A DNA stretch of 64,000 bases from Elusimicrobia bacterium GWC2_64_44 (GTDB lineage: Bacteria; Elusimicrobiota; Elusimicrobia; Elusimicrobiales; UBA9959). This document shows positions 16,491-23,819 of this stretch, piece by piece. The stretch covers positions 74,944 to 138,943 of the forward strand of contig MGUG01000048.1 of assembly GCA_001799845.1 (NCBI GenBank). Reading direction: 5' to 3'. How positions within the stretch are numbered: position 1 is the stretch's first letter; every line of letters begins with the position of its first letter. Below the pieces are notes generated by a model. It worked only from the letters and a program-made list of their open reading frames with translations. It ran no database searches and was not told the DNA's origin. The position numbers and the translations under genes are program-made.

Positions 16491-17903
16491 ATGCCTTTAA
16501 GCGAAGAAGACCTGCGGAAGATAGTGACGGAGGTGGTGCGCAATCTCGAGACGGCCCCGGCCGCCCCGGCGCAGTCCTCTGCCGGCCCGGTGTTCGACAC
16601 CGTCGACGCCGCCGTGAGCGCCGCCGAGCAGGCCCAGCCCGTGTTCCAGGAGCTGGGGCTGGCGGCGCGGGAAAAGATAATCTCCGCCATGCGCGAAGTT
16701 TCGCGCGCCAATTCCCGCCGCTGGGCGGAACTGGCCGTGGCCGAGACCGGCATGGGCCGGGTGGAAGACAAAGTTTTGAAGAACCAGGTCTGCATCGACG
16801 GGACCCCGGGCGTGGAAGATCTGCGCGCGATGGCCTACACCGGGGACAAGGGCCTGACCCTGGTGGAATACGCGCCCTTCGGCGTGGTGGCCGCCATCAC
16901 GCCCTCCACCAACGCCGTGGCCACCATCATCTCCAACGCCATCGGCATCCTCGCCGCCGGCAACTCCGTGGTCTTCTCGCCTCACCCCGCCGCCAAGGGC
17001 TGCGTGGCCGACGCCGTGCGCGTGCTGGATAAAGCTATCGTAGCGGCGGGCGGGCCCGCTAATTTGGTGACTACCATCGCCAAGCCCACCCAGGAGGCGA
17101 CCAAGCAGCTCCTGTGCCACCCCCGGACCAACATGAACATAGTGACCGGCGGCCCGGCAATTGTGAAAGTGGCCATGACCGCCGGCAAGCCCTGCAAGAC
17201 CATAGCCGCCGGGCCCGGCAACCCGCCCGTGGTGGTGGACGAGACCGCCGTGTTCCCGGATTGCGCCAGGGAAATAATTTACGGCTGCGGCTTCGACAAC
17301 AACGTGCTGTGCATCGCCGAGAAGGAAGTGATAGTGACCGAGGCCGCGAAGTCCCGCTTCCTGGAAGCCATGCGCTCAGACCCCCGCGCCTACGAACTCT
17401 CCGGCTCACAGATGGACGGACTCACCAAACTCATTATCCTGGAACCCGGGCCGGAGCCCAAGATCAACCGGGACTTCATAGGCAAGAACCCGTCGGTGAT
17501 AGCCCGGGCCATAGGCCTGAGCCTCTCCGACGACATCCGCGTGCTCTGGGCCGAGGTGCCTAACGACCACCCGTTGGTCCACGCCGAGCAGCTGATGCCG
17601 GTGCTGCCCGTGACCGTGGCCCGCGACGTGGACGCCGCCATCGAGCTGGCCCGCCGCGCCGAGGGGAATAACCACCACAGCGCCGGGATGTATTCCACCA
17701 ATGTCAAGAACATGACCAAGATGGGCCGCCGCATGGCCTGTTCCATCTTCGTCAAGAACGGCTGCACGCTGCATGGCCTGGGCCTCGGCGAGGGCTACGC
17801 CTCCATGTCCATCGGGACGCCTACGGGCGACGGCATCACCAAGACCAGCCATTTCGTGCGCCCGCTGCAGTGCAGCGTAGTCGGCGATCTGAGAATAGCG
17901 TAA
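16491..17903 (+). CDS. CoA-acylating aldehyde dehydrogenase (EutE/PduP-like) with N-terminal encapsulation-peptide-like helix
   Basis: 470 aa. GFDNNVLCIAEKE is the catalytic Cys loop. The N-terminal helix EEDLRKIVTEVVRNL is followed by an Ala/Pro linker. Confidence 0.85.
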   Translation: MPLSEEDLRKIVTEVVRNLETAPAAPAQSSAGPVFDTVDAAVSAAEQAQPVFQELGLAAREKIISAMREVSRANSRRWAELAVAETGMGRVEDKVLKNQVCIDGTPGVEDLRAMAYTGDKGLTLVEYAPFGVVAAITPSTNAVATIISNAIGILAAGNSVVFSPHPAAKGCVADAVRVLDKAIVAAGGPANLVTTIAKPTQEATKQLLCHPRTNMNIVTGGPAIVKVAMTAGKPCKTIAAGPGNPPVVVDETAVFPDCAREIIYGCGFDNNVLCIAEKEVIVTEAAKSRFLEAMRSDPRAYELSGSQMDGLTKLIILEPGPEPKINRDFIGKNPSVIARAIGLSLSDDIRVLWAEVPNDHPLVHAEQLMPVLPVTVARDVDAAIELARRAEGNNHHSAGMYSTNVKNMTKMGRRMACSIFVKNGCTLHGLGLGEGYASMSIGTPTGDGITKTSHFVRPLQCSVVGDLRIA

Positions 17904-17914
17904 GGAGATTTAAT

Positions 17915-18463
17915 ATGCAGGCCAATATAGCCGTGGGTTTGATCGAACTCTCCTCGATAGCCAAAGGCATCGAGACCCTGGACGCCATGTGCAAGGCCGC
18001 GGGCGTCAAGCCCGAGGTGCACCAGGCGATCTCGAAGGGGAAATATATCATCGTGATCTCGGGCCCGCTCGGCGAAGTCGAGTCTTCCCTGGCCAAGGGC
18101 GCGGAGATAGCCGGCAATACCGTGATAGCCCGGCACCTCATCCGCAACATCCACTCCGGCGCGCTGGCCGCGCTTAATAAAAAAGTTAAGCCCGCCAAGA
18201 TAGAGGCCGTGGGTATTGTCGAGACCAAAGAGGCCCTGCCGGCGCTGTTCGCCGCCGACGCGGCCGCGAAGGCCGCCTTCGTGCACGTGGCCGAGGTCAA
18301 CACCGGGCGTGGCATAGGCGGCAAAGGCTATTTCACCGTGGTCGGCGAGCCCGGCGCGGTGCGCACTGCGGTCACCGCCGGCGTGAAAGCCATCGGCGAG
18401 GACGCCGTGATCAGCCGCATAGTGATACCCAACGCGCACGAGCATCTCGGCGCGGCCATATAG
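17915..18463 (+). CDS. BMC-T tandem-domain shell protein, PduT-like fold but Ser at the cluster-ligand position
   Basis: Start trimmed to MQANIAVGLIELSSIAKG. It has two BMC domains (the second is AVGIVETKEALPALFAADAAAKAA). AISKGKY aligns with the SVCPGKY segment of the first BMC-T. Confidence 0.8.
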   Translation: MQANIAVGLIELSSIAKGIETLDAMCKAAGVKPEVHQAISKGKYIIVISGPLGEVESSLAKGAEIAGNTVIARHLIRNIHSGALAALNKKVKPAKIEAVGIVETKEALPALFAADAAAKAAFVHVAEVNTGRGIGGKGYFTVVGEPGAVRTAVTAGVKAIGEDAVISRIVIPNAHEHLGAAI

Positions 18464-18472
18464 GAGATTGCC

Positions 18473-18919
18473 ATGAGAATAGTCATAGGCGCTGACCACG
18501 CGGGTTTCGACGCTAAAGAGCGGCTCAAGAAGTTCCTGCAGAAGCTCGGCCACGACGTCACCGACTTCGGCTGCTACTCTACGGAGCCGGTGGATTTTCC
18601 GGACATAGCCCTGCTCGTCAGCGAGGCCGTGCGCCGGAAAGAGTTCGACCGTGCCGTGCTGGTGGACGGCTTCAACGGCGCCATGCCGCTGGCCGCCAAC
18701 AAGGTGCACGGCATCCGCGCCGTGGCAGCCTACGACACCATCTCGGCCCGCTTCGCGGCGGCGCACGAGGACTGCAACGTGCTCTGCCTTGGCGGCAAGA
18801 CGCACGGCGAGCTGGCCCTCGAGGAAATGATCAAGGTCTGGCTCAATACCCCTTTCGAGGGCGGCAAGTACCAGAAGCGCCTCGACAAGATCACCGCGAT
18901 AGAACAGAAGAATTACTGA
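18473..18919 (+). CDS. rpiB: RpiB/LacAB-family sugar-phosphate isomerase
   Basis: 148 aa. The matching segments are MRIVIGADHAGF...VLVDGFNGAMPLAANKVHGIRA...CNVLCLGG. Confidence 0.85.
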   Translation: MRIVIGADHAGFDAKERLKKFLQKLGHDVTDFGCYSTEPVDFPDIALLVSEAVRRKEFDRAVLVDGFNGAMPLAANKVHGIRAVAAYDTISARFAAAHEDCNVLCLGGKTHGELALEEMIKVWLNTPFEGGKYQKRLDKITAIEQKNY

Positions 18920-18920
18920 G

Positions 18921-19217
18921 ATGAAACAGGCCAAGGTCATAGGAAGGGTTTTCTGCTCCCGCCAGTGCTGCGGCATGGAGTCGAAGACGCTTCTTTTGAT
19001 CCAGCCGCTCGACTGGGAGACCGACAAGCCCGCGGGCGACCCGCTGGTAGCGGGAGACACCGTCGGGGCCGGGGCGGGGGAGACGGTCTTCTTTGTCGCC
19101 TCCCGCGAGGCCATACAGGCCTTCGAGGGCTGGGAGGGCGAGACGGCGGCCAAGGCCGCGCCGCCGCCAGTGGACGCCGCGATAGTAGGGATAATCGACG
19201 GCAAGCAGATCCGCTAA
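18921..19217 (+). CDS. BMC-P vertex protein, paralogue 2 (divergent)
   Basis: 98 aa. The EutN pattern is VIGRVFCSR...LLLIQPL...AGDTVGAGAGETVFFV...DAAIVGIIDG. It has an unusual CSRQCCG segment and an insertion (AIQAFEGWEGETAAKAAPPP). Confidence 0.75.
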   Translation: MKQAKVIGRVFCSRQCCGMESKTLLLIQPLDWETDKPAGDPLVAGDTVGAGAGETVFFVASREAIQAFEGWEGETAAKAAPPPVDAAIVGIIDGKQIR

Positions 19218-19221
19218 TTTT

Positions 19222-19497
19222 ATGTTCGTAGCCAAAGTCATAGGGAACGTCTGGGCCACCCGCAAGCATCCGGGGCTGAAGGGAGCCACCATGCTGCTGG
19301 TCAAGCCGCTGGGCGCCGACGGGAAACCGGCCGGCGAGGCGCAGCTCGCGCTCGACGGCGGGCAGGGCGCCGGGCCCGGAGATACCGTGCTGATAGTGGA
19401 CGAGGGCGGCTCCGCCCGCAAGATACTGCGGAATCCGAAAGCGCCGGTGCGCACCGTGATAGCCGGCATCGTGGATAAAGTCTATTTAGGAGAATAA
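19222..19497 (+). CDS. BMC-P vertex protein, paralogue 3
   Basis: 91 aa. The matching segments are [30 protein letters not shown]...[22 protein letters not shown]...TVIAGIVD. Confidence 0.85.
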   Translation: MFVAKVIGNVWATRKHPGLKGATMLLVKPLGADGKPAGEAQLALDGGQGAGPGDTVLIVDEGGSARKILRNPKAPVRTVIAGIVDKVYLGE

Positions 19498-19501
19498 GAC
19501 C

Positions 19502-20482
19502 ATGAACGACGAAGATATAAAGAAAATAGCCGCCGAGGTGGCCAGGATCATGAAGGCCGGGGGGCAGTCCGCTCCCCGCCAGAGCCTGGGCGATTCCGTG
19601 AGCATCGGCTCAGCCGGAAAAGTTTTCCAGCGCCCGCTGGTGAACTCCCCGGCCCCCTCCGAAAAGAAGCCCTGCACGGGCCAGGGCGACTGCCGCCTGG
19701 AGGAGAACACCTGCAGCTCCTCCTGCCAGAGCTGCAACCCGCTGAACAAATATACCCCGCAGCAGATCAAGGCCAGCGCCGACCGCGTGAGCTTCTGCAA
19801 CCCCAACGAGTCCAGCTCCTCTATCGCCGGCATGATAGACCACACCCTGCTCAAGGCCAACGCCACGCAGGAGGAGATAGGCAAGCTCTGCGAGGAGGCA
19901 CGCAAGTACCGCTTCGCCTCCGTGTGCGTGAACCCCGGCTACGTTGCCATGGCCAGCCGCCTGCTGCGCGGCTCCTCCGTGATGGTCTGCACCGTCATCG
20001 GCTTCCCGCTGGGCTCGACCACCCCGACGGTGAAGGCCATAGAGGCCCGCGACGCCATAGCCAACGGCGCCGACGAGATAGACATGGTCATCAATATCGG
20101 CGCGCTGAAATCCGGCAACGACCAGCTGGTGCAGGACGATATCAAGGCCGTGCGCGAGGCCACCCGCGGCAAGTGCCTCAAGGTCATCCTCGAGACCTCG
20201 TACCTGACCAAGGACGAGAAGGTGCGCGCCTGCAAGATGAGCAAGATCGCGCAGGCCGACTTCGTGAAGACCTCCACCGGCTTCGGCTCCGGCGGGGCGA
20301 CCCCCGAGGACATAGCGCTGATGCGCGAGACCGTGGGCCCCGAGATGGGCGTGAAGGCCTCCGGCGGCATCAAGAACGCGGAGGTGGCCGCGGCCATGAT
20401 CAAGGCCGGCGCCACGCGCCTCGGCACGAGCGCCAGCATCGCCATAGTTTCCGGCGGAGAAGCCGCCAAAGGGCAGTATTAA
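19502..20482 (+). CDS. deoC: Deoxyribose-phosphate aldolase (DERA) with an N-terminal extension of about 100 aa
   Basis: 326 aa. The DERA core starts near aa 110 (MIDHTLLK) and contains [17 protein letters not shown] (Schiff-base Lys) and GVKASGGI. The extension carries the helix [15 protein letters not shown] and the Cys pattern C58-x5-C64-x6-C71-x3-C75-x2-C78. Confidence 0.85.
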   Translation: MNDEDIKKIAAEVARIMKAGGQSAPRQSLGDSVSIGSAGKVFQRPLVNSPAPSEKKPCTGQGDCRLEENTCSSSCQSCNPLNKYTPQQIKASADRVSFCNPNESSSSIAGMIDHTLLKANATQEEIGKLCEEARKYRFASVCVNPGYVAMASRLLRGSSVMVCTVIGFPLGSTTPTVKAIEARDAIANGADEIDMVINIGALKSGNDQLVQDDIKAVREATRGKCLKVILETSYLTKDEKVRACKMSKIAQADFVKTSTGFGSGGATPEDIALMRETVGPEMGVKASGGIKNAEVAAAMIKAGATRLGTSASIAIVSGGEAAKGQY

Positions 20483-20662
20483 GCAGGGCGGTCCGGCCGG
20501 GGGGACACCCCGCCCGCCCGGACTGCAGGGAACCGTTGCGCGGTTCCCCTCCAGCCGAAGCGGCTGGAGCCTCCCCTCCCCAACGGGCGTTCGGGGCATC
20601 CCCCCGGTCGTACCTTGGGGCGAATTTAAAAGAGGAGTTCCTTAGAATCAAGGAGAAAGAAT
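20483..20662 (+). other. Second 180-nt hairpin-dense non-coding spacer, upstream of BMC-H 2
   Basis: Contains GGGAACCG-TTGCG-CGGTTCCC (20528-20548), CTCCAGCC-GAAGC-GGCTGGAG (20549-20569) and further GC-rich stems at 20483-20526 and 20578-20596. It is the same length as the 15656-15835 spacer. Confidence 0.7.
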
Positions 20663-20956
20663 ATGTCTGAACCTAAAGAAGCGCTGGGAATGATAGAGAC
20701 CAAGGGTTTCATCGGCATGATCGAAGCCTCCGACGCCATGAGCAAGGCCGCCAAGGTGCGCCTGCTCGGCTACGAGAAGATCGGCTCGGGCTACATGACC
20801 ACCCTGTGCGTGGGCGAAGTGGGCGCCGTGCGCGCCGCCGTGGAAGCCGGCGCGGCCTCGGCCCAGAAGGTGGGGGAGCTCGTAGGGATGCACGTCATAC
20901 CGCGCCCCTCCGACGACCTGGACAAGTACCTCGCGAAGATCTCGGTGAAGCTCTGA
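20663..20956 (+). CDS. BMC-H hexameric shell protein, paralogue 2
   Basis: 97 aa. The matching segments are [26 protein letters not shown]...GSGYMT...MHVIPRP. Confidence 0.9.
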   Translation: MSEPKEALGMIETKGFIGMIEASDAMSKAAKVRLLGYEKIGSGYMTTLCVGEVGAVRAAVEAGAASAQKVGELVGMHVIPRPSDDLDKYLAKISVKL

Positions 20957-21006
20957 TAAACGGCCCGCGGCCCCGTTGCGTCTGACGCCGGGCCGCGCGC
21001 GGTTTT

Positions 21007-21246
21007 ATGCTTACCAAGGGCGCCCTTGAAGACCTGATCATGGAGCACCTCCGGCCCGCGCCGGGGGCGGCGCCCGCCATGAAAAAAGTCCCCGAGCTGA
21101 AAAAGAAAGTCTTTCTCAGCGATTGGGAGCTCCGCCGGCTCTACAAGCCAGGAGCGCGAGCGGTAACGGTGCCAGCCAACGCCATCCTCAGCCCGCTCTC
21201 GCTGGACTGGCTGGACTACGACGGGGTGAATGTGCTCAGGGTCTGA
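21007..21246 (+). CDS. Small BMC-locus protein with encapsulation-peptide-like N-terminus
   Basis: 79 aa. The N-terminal helix KGALEDLIMEHL is followed by a Pro/Ala linker. Then comes FLSDWELRRLYKPGARAVTVPANAILSPLSLDWLDYDGVNV, which resembles a short module I recall at the N-termini of some BMC-locus accessory proteins. Confidence 0.5.
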   Translation: MLTKGALEDLIMEHLRPAPGAAPAMKKVPELKKKVFLSDWELRRLYKPGARAVTVPANAILSPLSLDWLDYDGVNVLRV

Positions 21247-21272
21247 TCTTGCGGTCAATTACTGGAGGTAGT

Positions 21273-22586
21273 ATGAACAAACTGTTTTTAACCTTTAGCC
21301 TCGCGCTGGCCTGCGCCCTGCCCGCCGCCGCGCAGCTGGATTTCGACAAGCCCGCGGAGACGCAGACCCAGGCGGTCCAGGACCCGGTGCAGGCCGCCCC
21401 GGTCAACGTGATCGAGGCCGAGCTGGCCTTCCTGAGCGCCGCCGCCAAAGATAAGGACGAGGACGTAATGGAGCTGGTGCTGCCCCAGGTGGAAGACTGG
21501 CTGCTCCGCCACCCGGCCGCCGCCGGCGCGGCCGACGCCCAGCTGCTGAAGGCGGACCTCCGCTACAGGCTGGGCGACCACAAGGCCGCCATGATGGACC
21601 TGCTCAGGTATTTTTACGAGTATCCCCAGGCCGCCTCTGAGGACGCCGCCCGCAAGCTCTTCCAGGAGCTGCTCGATAAGAAAGCCGACAAGAAACTCAA
21701 GCCCGCGCTGCTGGCGCTGGCCGGCGCGCCGGAGGGCGAAGATACCGCCGCCCGCCTCTACGCCCTGCTGCAGGCCGCGCCCGCCGCCGCCGGCGCGTTC
21801 CTCTACGAGCCGATCATCGCCGAGCACCGGGCCTTCCTCAACAGGTTTCCCGACCGCGCCGGCAACGACGCCCTGCGCGTGGCCGTGGCCGACCTGCACC
21901 TTAACATGAAGGAATACCTGAAGGCCGCCCACGCCTACGAAAAGATGATACAGCTGCACCCCGACAGCCAGCTGGCCGCCAGGGCCAAGCTGCTGCTGGC
22001 CGTAGTGCTGGCCGACAACCTGAAACAGTACGACAAGTCCATCGCCGTGTTCCAGGATATCACCGTGGCGCTGGCCGGCACCGAGCAGGCCAAGGCCGCC
22101 TACTCCCGCCTGCCCGGCCTTGCCGAGAAGCAGAAGAAGTACCAGCTCGCCGTCGACGTCTACGAGGAGATCATCGCCCGCTACCCGGACACCGAAGAGG
22201 CCTACAACGCCTACAAGGCCGAAGCCCGCGTTCTGCGCGAGGAGATGGACAAGTATTCCGAGGCCGTGGCCGTGCTGAACCGCCTGGCCGACAAGTACAA
22301 GGGTGAAAAAGGCGTAGCCGCGCTGCTGCTCTCCGCCGAGATCTACCGCAAAGACCTGAAGGATACCGCCGGCGAGGTGGCCATGTACGACCGGATAGTC
22401 GCGGAGTACGACACCGACCCGCAGGCCCCCAAGGCGCTCTACGCCGCCGGAGAGCTGTTCGACAAGGCCAAGGACACGGACAAGGCCAGAGAATATTACC
22501 AGAAGATCCTGGAGAAGTATCCCGAAGACCCGCTTTCCAAGAAAGCTGAAAAGCGCGTCGCGGCCATCATAGCGGGCAAACCTTAG
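21273..22586 (+). CDS. Secreted TPR-repeat protein
   Basis: Start trimmed to MNKLFLTFSLALACALPAAAQ (signal peptide). It has repeated TPR-like helices (e.g. YLKAAHAYEKMIQLHPDS, EEAYNAYKAEARV, AREYYQKILEKYPEDP). Confidence 0.7.
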   Translation: MNKLFLTFSLALACALPAAAQLDFDKPAETQTQAVQDPVQAAPVNVIEAELAFLSAAAKDKDEDVMELVLPQVEDWLLRHPAAAGAADAQLLKADLRYRLGDHKAAMMDLLRYFYEYPQAASEDAARKLFQELLDKKADKKLKPALLALAGAPEGEDTAARLYALLQAAPAAAGAFLYEPIIAEHRAFLNRFPDRAGNDALRVAVADLHLNMKEYLKAAHAYEKMIQLHPDSQLAARAKLLLAVVLADNLKQYDKSIAVFQDITVALAGTEQAKAAYSRLPGLAEKQKKYQLAVDVYEEIIARYPDTEEAYNAYKAEARVLREEMDKYSEAVAVLNRLADKYKGEKGVAALLLSAEIYRKDLKDTAGEVAMYDRIVAEYDTDPQAPKALYAAGELFDKAKDTDKAREYYQKILEKYPEDPLSKKAEKRVAAIIAGKP

Positions 22587-22593
22587 GAGAAAG

Positions 22594-23685
22594 ATGAACA
22601 CACAACTGGGCGTGATAGAAGGTTTTTACGGCGAGCCATGGAGCTGGGGCCAGAGGACCGACTACGCCGGCTTCCTCCGCAAGCACGGTTTTTCGTTCTA
22701 CATTTACGCGCCCAAGGGCGACCCGTACCTGCGCCGCAAATGGCGCGAGGCGTACCCCAAGGCGATAGAGGAGAAGCTGGCCAAACTGGCCGGGCAGTGC
22801 CATTCCGCCGGCATAGAGTTCGGCGTGGGCTTCAGCCCTCACGAGGTCTACCTCTCCGACTTCAGCCTCGAGACCAAGAAGTTCCTGCAGGCCCGGCTGG
22901 ACCTCTTCAACCGGCTGCGGGTGAACAAGCTCTGTATCCTGATGGACGATATGAAGGGGGATATCCCCAACCTCGCCGAGAAGCAGGTGGAGATAGTCAA
23001 TTGGATGGCCGCCCGCACCAGCGCCAAGCAGATCGTCTTCTGCCCGACGTACTATTCCGACGACCCCGTACTGGAGAAGTTGTTCGGCAAGATGCCGGAG
23101 GGCTACCTGGGCAAGCTGGGCAAGGCGCTGGACCCCAAGGTCAGCATGTTCTGGACCGGGGAGCTGGTGTGCTCTAAAGCCTACACGCCGGAGCATCTGA
23201 AGGGCGCAGCCGAACGGCTGGGGCGCAAGCCTTTCCTGTGGGATAATTACCCGGTCAACGACGGGGCGCGCATGTGCAAGTTCCTTCACCTGCGGGCGGT
23301 CACCGGGCGGCCAGGCGCGCTGGGCGAGCACCTGGCGGCGCACGCCGTGAATCCGATGAACCAGGCCACGCTTTCCAAGATCGTGCTGTTGACGCTGAAG
23401 GCCTCTTACGAAAAGGGCGCCGCCTACGATCCGGACAAGGCCTTCAGGAAGGCCGCCGACATGGTGACCTGCCGCGACATGGCCGACCTGCTGGTCCGCG
23501 ACCTGCCCGCCTTCATGGACAAAGGCCTCGAGGGGCTGACCGAAGCGGAAAAACTGACGCTGAAGGAAGACTACTCTCCTTTCATCGAGGAGCGCGAGAA
23601 CGATACCGGGCAGGCCGCACGGGAGATCGTGGACTGGCTCTCCGGCCGCTACAACATCACCAAGGAGCAGGTCCAGGCGCAATAG
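22594..23685 (+). CDS. Glycoside hydrolase family 84 (O-GlcNAcase/NagJ-like) catalytic domain protein
   Basis: 363 aa. It contains GVIEGFYGEPWS, YIYAPKGDPY, CILMDDM (Asp-Asp pair) and WDNYPVND. No signal peptide is present. Confidence 0.75.
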   Translation: MNTQLGVIEGFYGEPWSWGQRTDYAGFLRKHGFSFYIYAPKGDPYLRRKWREAYPKAIEEKLAKLAGQCHSAGIEFGVGFSPHEVYLSDFSLETKKFLQARLDLFNRLRVNKLCILMDDMKGDIPNLAEKQVEIVNWMAARTSAKQIVFCPTYYSDDPVLEKLFGKMPEGYLGKLGKALDPKVSMFWTGELVCSKAYTPEHLKGAAERLGRKPFLWDNYPVNDGARMCKFLHLRAVTGRPGALGEHLAAHAVNPMNQATLSKIVLLTLKASYEKGAAYDPDKAFRKAADMVTCRDMADLLVRDLPAFMDKGLEGLTEAEKLTLKEDYSPFIEERENDTGQAAREIVDWLSGRYNITKEQVQAQ

Positions 23686-23700
23686 CGCGGAGCTAAATAA

Positions 23701-23733
23701 AAAGGCCGTCCGCTTTTCAGGCGGACGGCCTTT
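23701..23733. terminator. Bidirectional rho-independent terminator
   Basis: AAAGGCCGTCCGC-TTTTCAG-GCGGACGGCCTTT, a perfect 13-bp stem with A/T flanks, between convergent genes. Confidence 0.8.
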
Positions 23734-23741
23734 CTATTTAG

Positions 23742-23813
23742 GGGACGTTGTTGAGTTGTTGACTTGTTGCGCTTCTGCAGTTCTTGGAAAACTCAACAAC
23801 TCAACAACGTCCC
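23742..23813. repeat. Perfect 21-bp inverted repeat with 30-nt spacer
   Basis: GGGACGTTGTTGAGTTGTTGA (23742-23762) and TCAACAACTCAACAACGTCCC (23793-23813). The arms are AT-richer than the surrounding DNA and contain the tandem GTTGTTGA GTTGTTGA. Confidence 0.85.
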
Positions 23814-23819
23814 TGCCGG

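Noticed and set aside
15656-20662. The two related 180-nt spacers as boundaries of an invertible or mobile 4.6-kb segment.
   Set aside because: No recombinase or transposase is nearby, and inversion would put essential shell and enzyme genes antisense to the operon. The only orientation-informative similarity is a block of about 16 nt. I kept it as a motif-sharing observation only.
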